A DNA stretch of 64,000 bases, taken from positions 366,544,001 to 366,608,000 of the forward strand of contig OZ024741.1 of the NCBI GenBank assembly GCA_964016885.1, in the 5' to 3' direction. Under the pieces are notes generated by a model that saw only the letters and a program-made list of their open reading frames with translations, searched no databases and had not been told where the DNA came from. A program made the position numbers and the translations under genes. Positions 55,305 through 64,000 of this stretch are shown here, piece by piece. This DNA comes from Eledone cirrhosa. Taxonomy: Eukaryota. Positions within the stretch are counted from its first letter, which is position 1, and each line of letters opens with the position of its first letter.

Positions 55305-55627
55305 CGCGCGGTTAAACCACTGGGAGTGAAGGACCCCTAGCATTTGTCAGGGCATTCTTCTAGGAGATGGCAACTCGGGAAACTGGGATAACTCCGATAT
55401 AAAACCTGCGGCTCAGTAGTTACCGATGATGTTGATCCTTTCTTCTTTTCGGGTTATAGCTACTGTCGCTCAGAGAGTGGGATTGGCTCAGTGCACAGTC
55501 TTTCCTCACTTTAAAAAATATCTTCACGCACAGGCATTGCACGATAGAATTAATTAATAATTATTAATAATGTAATAATGGTATATCGTGCAATGGTCAT
55601 ACTCGATAACGAGGGGGCAGCCATCAT
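55305..55627 (+). mobile_element. Bipartite non-autonomous derivative (N1) of the RTE in this window
   Basis: 55305-55570 matches the RTE 5' UTR (about 16430-16694); 55586-55627 matches the RTE 3'-terminal hairpin. Confidence 0.88.
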
Positions 55628-55795
55628 ATATATATATAGTACTTCATACAACTGGCATTTTGGTTGGGTCTTGTTGCAACATACACCATCATCCAGGTGA
55701 TCCAACGGTGCGTTTGATCAAGCCTCAGTCTGTGTCCAAGTGGAATACATTCTACTAACTCCACTGGATACTTCTCAGCCATAGCCATTTAGATG

Positions 55796-55836
<41 letters not shown>

Positions 55837-55869
55837 TCCCTCTCTCTCTCTCTCACACACACACACTCC

Positions 55870-55901
<32 letters not shown>

Positions 55902-56210
55902 TACCTCCCTCCCCCTCCCTCTCTGTCGCTGCTGCTTCCTGACATTCTCGATGGCCCTTCTGTTCCCTCACGTAATGCCAATTAAGTGAACGAGCTGCAA
56001 ACCCTTCACTGCCAAGCTACAATGGCATGCATCTTGTCCTTCGAACATTGGGGCGGCAATCCTCCACCAACGCCTGACAATTTCCTTCATGTCTGTTTTT
56101 TTTGTGAGCCTCCCCTACCCTCTCCTTTCCTGCCCCCGGGCAACAGTTAATTCTACTAGAATGAACTGTCTTCTCACCTCAGACAACAAAGATAATGTCT
56201 GGTCTCAAAG

Positions 56211-56252
<42 letters not shown>

Positions 56253-56260
<8 letters not shown>

Positions 56261-56618
56261 TAATGTTAAAACTAATTTAAATTCATTTAACTATGTTGGT
56301 TCTACCTCTACAGAATTTAAATTTCGCTTCAATAATCATAAAAATTCTTTCACAGATCCAAACAAAAAATCTTCAACTTCGCTATCTAGCCTACTATGGG
56401 ACCTAAAACGAGATAATGTTAAATATTCGATGACTTGGAATATTATTTCAAAAGCTACTCCTTTTAATTCCTCTTCGGAAAATTGTGATCTTTGTATTGA
56501 AGAAATATTCTTTATATTAAAGTCCAAAAATTCCCTTAATTTAAGGAACAATTTATTCAGTTGCTGCAGACATAGATTGAACTCAACGTTTAAATATAAA
56601 TATAAATTTAAAATGTAG
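56253..56618 (+). pseudogene. GIY-YIG endonuclease C-terminal part of a Penelope-like element (5'-truncated at the GIY motif)
   Basis: Open frame YICNVKTNLNSFNYVGSTSTEFKFRFNNHKNSF..TSLSSLLWDLK..WNIISKA..CDLCIEEIFFIL..LNLRNNLFSCCRHR; the YIG/R/H/E/N pattern is typical of PLE endonucleases. Confidence 0.82.
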
Positions 56619-57747
56619 TATAATTAATTAAGTAATTTAGTTAATATATGAAACCTGTCGATAAATCATTAGATTCCTTCACCTTTTTCTTTTTAAACTT
56701 TCTTCCTAAATATAAACATAGATATAATAAACTACTCTAAAATGTCTATACTTCCAATGTCTTAAATAAAATATACGTAAGATAAATTTCTATACTAAAT
56801 ATAAGGATATGTGTAGAATCATTGGGTTTTTTAAATCTTTTAAATTTTTAAGTTTTTTAATTTTTTAAACTTTTTTAAATTTTTTAAATTTTTAAATTTT
56901 TTAAATTTTTTAATTTTTTAATTTTTTAATTTTTTAATTTTTTAATTTTTTAATTTTTTAATTTTTAAATTTTTAAATTATATTGATATAATATTTATTT
57001 AACTCTTATTTTTATTTTTATTTTTATTTTTATTTTTATTAGTTTTGTTTTGATTCTGATAGCTTCTCATAATTTTCATAAGTCTACCCTTTCAATATCT
57101 AGATTGAAATATACGTATGATAAATTTCTATACTAAATATATGAAACATATTATTTTAACTTAAGATACTCTATAGTGTTTTAAACATATTTAATGCTTT
57201 GATATTTCTAGAATTCGTTTGTCCTTTTGACTATACTGATAATTGTATTTCCAAAATATAATCCTTTGGTATTTTAAATTTATATTGTTATAATTATATT
57301 TCCAAGTATAATCCTTAGTAATATATTGATATTTGATTATCTCTATACAAACGTGTATGTGTATTAACATGCATATAAAAGTGTTATAGGTTTTTTTATG
57401 ATTGTATATATGTCTATGTATACATGAGCGATGCGGGAAGAGGCACGCACATATTTATTTATACATGTATATGTGTATATATATATATGTATATCTATGT
57501 CTGTGGGTAAGAGATATGTTGCTTAACCACGCAGTTTTGATTGCAGATATGCATAATTTTAACAGAATGTTAAATGCATGAATGGTAATCGTATATATGA
57601 AGACAGGAATGTTAATCGTATATATTTATGTATATGTACTGTGAACTTTTTTATAACACAAGGAATGTATAGCAGTGATCAAGAGAAATCGTCTGCGTTT
57701 TATATGTCTATATTGTTGACTTGAGTAAATATATTTTCAGGACGTGC

Positions 57748-57805
<58 letters not shown>

Positions 57806-58402
57806 GTCTTCGCCTAAGATACTGATTTCTCTAGCATTTTGGTTGATTAAACCCAAATTTTGGTATATTGATCTCAAGTTTTAAACTAAACATGTAGTCA
57901 TTATTGAACAATGCTTAATTTCTCATATTATATATTTATGTCCCATTCATGAATATTAATATTTATATTTTTATTATTCATTTCATATAAATTGTTAACT
58001 CAACTTAATATGACATGACGTAAAATTTTCATTATTTCCCCCTCTCTCTATATAATATTTCTCTCTCTTGAGTTTTCCTATCTGTCTAATGACTTAATAT
58101 CTCTCTGTTGCTTTCCTCTGTTTTTCTTATTTCTTATTTCTTCCTTTTTTCTTTCTTTCCTCCTGTCTTTATTTATCTCTTTCTTTTTTCTGCATGCATC
58201 TCTCTCTCTCTGATACTTCTCCACGTTTTTTTCTTTCTCTCTCTCCGTCTCTTTCTTTCTCTCCGTCTTTTTCTAATTGTCCTTAACACTATGACTTATT
58301 AAAATAATATAAACAACTCACTATCCGGATGGCTTCCAAAAATAATGGTTGCATTTTAATAGGGTACGTCAAAGCTTATTTGTAAAACTGTTATATATTG
58401 TA

Positions 58403-58463
58403 TTTTGTCTGATGAAGGCATACCATAATTTAATTTGGTATCCCTTAAATATGTATAATGAAA
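58403..58463 (+). ncRNA. Hammerhead family B (TAAA-mutated copy)
   Basis: ttttgt CTGATGA aggcatacca-taatttaatt-tggtatccct TAAA tatgta TA atgaaa. Confidence 0.6.
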
Positions 58464-58593
58464 TAAATATGGTTTTATAAATATAGTTTCCATTTATTAA
58501 TATCGTATATCTACTCCAAATACTTGTCGAGTGCTTTATATCAGTTATAAAAATATTTACTTGTTGTATCCCAACAATTTTAAATAGAACTTT

Positions 58594-58698
<105 letters not shown>

Positions 58699-58984
58699 GT
58701 ATATATATACATACGTATATATATCTTTCTCTCTATATATATATATCTACCTATCTCTCTCTCTCTCTGTTTGTTCATGCACGTGTGTGTGTATATTTGT
58801 GTGGGAAGGTGTGTAAAACGTTTAGTAGTGAACTAGGTATTTATAGTACTAAAAAAATATTCTGCAATTAGCTAGAGTATTGATAAATGAATATTGATTA
58901 CTGAAGTCTAATTAACACCAGAAATAGGAGATTTCTTCCACATAGTCAATTATATGTGTGGGTGAGCGAATGTATATAGATATG

Positions 58985-59054
<70 letters not shown>

Positions 59055-59070
59055 AAGTGAGATAAATGTG

Positions 59071-59113
<43 letters not shown>

Positions 59114-59139
59114 GTGTGCATATATACTTATATATATAT

Positions 59140-59238
59140 ACACGGTGTCACCAAAAATGTATATATACTTCAACACCATTCTAATAAATATAGCCCGTAG
59201 AGGTAATCAAAGTGCGTATACATTTTTGGGACACTCTG

Positions 59239-59240
<2 letters not shown>
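59140..59240. mobile_element. About 100-bp Tc1/mariner MITE in (TA)n
   Basis: TIRs cacggtgtcaccaaaaatgtata / tatacatttttgggacactctg. Confidence 0.75.
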
Positions 59241-59270
<30 letters not shown>

Positions 59271-59356
59271 ATATATATTATATATATAATATGATATGTT
59301 GATTTAAAACTGCACTATCCAGAAGTGTTTTTTAGCCTTCATATCATGTTCTGCTG

Positions 59357-59423
59357 TTTTATCTGATGAAAACACAAATATTATTGCATGATGATGTTTG
59401 TTTTTGAAATGCGCATAATAAAA
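59357..59423 (+). ncRNA. Hammerhead family A, third copy
   Basis: ttttat CTGATGA aaacacaaatattatt-gcat-gatgatgtttgttttt GAAA tgcgca TA ataaaa; stem II substitutions relative to the 3734 copy preserve pairing. Confidence 0.75.
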
Positions 59424-59455
59424 TACATGGAACTCCTTTAACCATCTTTTGATCT

Positions 59456-60380
<925 letters not shown>

Positions 60381-60431
60381 ATATATATATATATATATAC
60401 ATATATATACATATACTTATATATATATAGG

Positions 60432-60532
<101 letters not shown>

Positions 60533-60670
60533 AGTGTAATTTTCTACACAAAACGAAGGTTATAGAGAAAATTGAGGTTGGTAATGGCACATGGAATATA
60601 TAAGAGACAGAATACTTTTTTGTGAAAAAACATATAATTTTATAAGGTAAGGAAATAATAAAGTGTATAA

Positions 60671-60718
60671 AAAATGACCGGTTTCGATGGGTCTGCAAAA
60701 GCCATCTTTTCAAATGTT
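60671..60718 (-). ncRNA. Hammerhead family J, U3-A8 core
   Basis: Mirror image of 60999-61046. Confidence 0.72.
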
Positions 60719-60998
60719 GATTAATATTAAGAAAAATTAATAATACGAAGAGTTAAAATTTGAGATTTGAAAATTCAAGTATAAAATTCATTGTGGGATT
60801 TCATAGTAGTTTTCATCTAGGTAGCAACAACAAGTTGACTGCTGTGTCCCTTTCTGGTACCAGAAAGGGACACAGCAGTCAACTTGTTGTTGCTACCTAG
60901 ATGAAAACTACTATGAAATCCCACAATGAATTTTATACTTGAATTTTCAAATCTCAAATTTTAACTCTTCGTATTATTAATTTTTCTTAATATTAATC

Positions 60999-61046
60999 AA
61001 CATTTGAAAAGATGGCTTTTGCAGACCCATCGAAACCGGTCATTTT
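60999..61046 (+). ncRNA. Hammerhead family J, U3-A8 core
   Basis: aacat TTGAAAA gatgg-cttttgcagac-ccatc GAAA ccgg TC atttt. Confidence 0.72.
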
Positions 61047-61148
61047 TTATACACTTTATTATTTCCTTACCTTATAAAATTATATGTTTTTTCACAAAAA
61101 AGTATTCTGTCTCTTATATATTCCATGTGCCATTACCAACCTCAATTT

Positions 61149-61470
<322 letters not shown>

Positions 61471-61492
61471 ATATATATATATATATATATAT

Positions 61493-61946
<454 letters not shown>

Positions 61947-62404
61947 CTGTATATATATATATATATATATATGAGCGGGGTATTAAAAAATTACAGGGGT
62001 GGCTTATAAGCTGGTGGTTAAGTGCCTACAAAATTATGTGTGATACTTGTGTGTTAGGGTGTGAAGTGGTGTTGTTAATTTATACACGGTTACCATTCTT
62101 AAGCGCTAATTCGACAGGTTAGAATGGCGGGATGTCTTGGGTGCAATCGGTAAGCCAGCCGTCTGCTTGTTTGTTTGTTTGTTTGTTTTTTCTCTCGTTT
62201 TGAAGTAAATAGATAATTCAAGCAATGGCCCTATAACTAATAAAGATAGTAGGCATAGAAAGATGAAACAGGGTAAACTGACTACTTCGGTGGTTAAATT
62301 ACAAAGTGGTGAGAAAAAAAGGGCTTGATGGTAAAGTTGTAGGTAAGGTAGTGGTTAGAACAAAGAATGAGTAGATAAGAGAGAAAGTGAGACAGAGATA
62401 GATA

Positions 62405-62685
62405 TGTTTCTTTATTTGCCACAAAGGCGTACAAAAATGGGACTTTACAAGATGTGATGGCAGGGGTTTTACATAAAAATCTTTAACGATAATGAATATC
62501 ATTAAACTATATATAAAATAAAACAATCGAAATCCCCAATAAGGGGGAATGTTACTGCGGGGTTGTTTTACACCCCGTGGATAGAACATCCCTCAACACC
62601 AGGAGTGCGTTTTGTAGGTGTCCCTGTCTTCCCTCTGTTTGTCTTTCTCAGGTTTATATAGAGAGAAGGCCCATTCTTTCGAGCC
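62405..62685 (-). mobile_element. Diverged 3' end of a Tx1-like LINE related to 38094-38400
   Basis: Shared ..tttatttgccac..aaa.tgggac...tacaa and gaaggcccattc; GATA-like sequence on both sides. Confidence 0.6.
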
Positions 62686-63047
62686 AGAGATTCATAGATG
62701 GATAGATGAGACGAAACAGAATGAACTGACCAGTTGAATAGTCAAATTACAAAGGGGTGGGAAAGAGGGAACTAACTTATATTAGTCTCTATTCCTTTAC
62801 GATTACTTACATACATGTGTGCTGGATTTGATTGTAACAATTCTCTCGTCTTGTATCAGTGTGTAGATATTTTGTCTTGTTTGTGTTTCCATCCTTCAGA
62901 CACTATTCATGCACTGGGAAGACTAGTCCTATCTTTTGAAGCATCTGAAACAATAGTGAATCCCAGAAGACAGCCGATGAGCGGAAACTGTCAAAAATTT
63001 CTCTCTTTTCCGAATTTTCTGTGACCTATATGCCCCACGTATTATTA

Positions 63048-63250
63048 TTGGCAGAATTGGTAGAGCATCGGACAACATGCATAATGGCATAGAGATATGG
63101 CTCTTTATGGTTCAATTCCCACCGAGGTTAGTTTTGCCTTTCATCCTTATGGTGTCGATAAAATAAAGTGCCAGTAATGCACTGGGGTCGACTTAATCGA
63201 CTTTCCCCTCCCTCAAAATTTCTGACCTTGCGCCTAAATCAGAAACCATT
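63048..63250 (+). mobile_element. Meta-domain tRNA SINE
   Basis: gcctttcatccttatggtgtcgataaaataaagtgccagtaatgcactggggtcg. Confidence 0.8.
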
Positions 63251-63274
63251 ATTATTTTTTTATTATTATTAATA

Positions 63275-63910
63275 ATGAGTCATCCAACCTTGAGGCGGTG
63301 GTGGGGCATTGACAAAATTCAAGCTCCAGAGTCCTCAGTCGACCATTGCTGCACGCACATCCGTTTCATCTCACAATATTAGAGATGCGAGACAGGAATC
63401 CATACAAAGACCTGTTTGTTGGGTGACGTCTCCAGGAGATGTTGTATGCCGAGTGTAGCATTCTTGTGTATGTACCATCGAGTCTCTTACGGCAATCAGC
63501 ATTCAACGTCCACGACTGCAAACTTTTCAGAAGGAACGTTTCTATATAGGCCACAAAGACCCTTGTTTTTATGTCCTTGTGGATGACTGCCTCTCATACC
63601 CTCTGAGTTGAGTGAAGCACACTCCACGACTGAGCAATCCTGACATCCATATCACGGCCAGAGTCAGTGTAATCAACCAAATACTTCAAATCACTCATGA
63701 GTTCGATATCTGAGCCATCTGATGCGGTCCAGATGCTCATTGATAGATGAATTCAAGTACATGTACTTCGTCTTTTGCGCATTCAGAAATAGACCAACAG
63801 TGCTCTGACATACATTCTCAACTCCGATGAGGAAATCCTGTGCAGCTTCGATCACATTTCCGAGAAGAACAATGTCATCAGCGTAGTCAAGATCAACTAT
63901 GACTTCTTCA
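63275..63910 (-). pseudogene. Decayed RTE/RTEX-like LINE RT fragment
   Basis: Reverse complement reads DLDYADDIVLL..GLFLNAQKTKYM..SWTLNADCRKRLDGTYTRMLHSAYNISWRRHPTN. Confidence 0.8.
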
Positions 63911-64000
63911 GTCTAGACAGATGTTGAACAAGAAAGGACGAAATGATCGCCCTTGAAAACGCTTACGTTGATGTTGAGTGCATGTCTCAACATGTGGCGT

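Overview
Eukaryotic (animal), AT-rich, microsatellite-saturated non-coding DNA. The SINE/RTE repertoire suggests a cephalopod, probably Octopus (inference). I recognise no host protein-coding exon, and almost all listed ORFs are translations of simple repeats. Recognisable coding DNA is all transposon-derived: a near-intact RTE LINE with three C-terminal C2H2 fingers and one nonsense codon (12817-16362, -), a 5'-truncated sister copy directly downstream, a 5'-truncated L1/Tx1 LINE (38356-41231, -) in (GATA)n, an internally deleted mariner, a Tc1-like relic, decayed RTE relics, and the GIY-YIG end of a Penelope-like element (PLE; 56253-56618). There are also about 30 tRNA-derived SINEs and several MITEs. 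The most striking unannotated signal is about 22 minimal type-I hammerhead ribozyme (HHR) motifs from about 10 sequence families, read by eye on both strands. Most lie in short fold-back (head-to-head) elements embedded in (TA)n, with ribozymes pointing outward and two alternative TA-anchored 3' ends. Several families carry non-canonical cores: compensatory U3-A8 (UUGAAAA/UUGAUAA), CAGAAGA, CCGAAGA, or GCAA for GAAA. One family is physically linked to the PLE GIY-YIG fragment, and one copy has an empty-site control in the sister RTE. Coordinates were read by eye and element edges may be off by a few bases.
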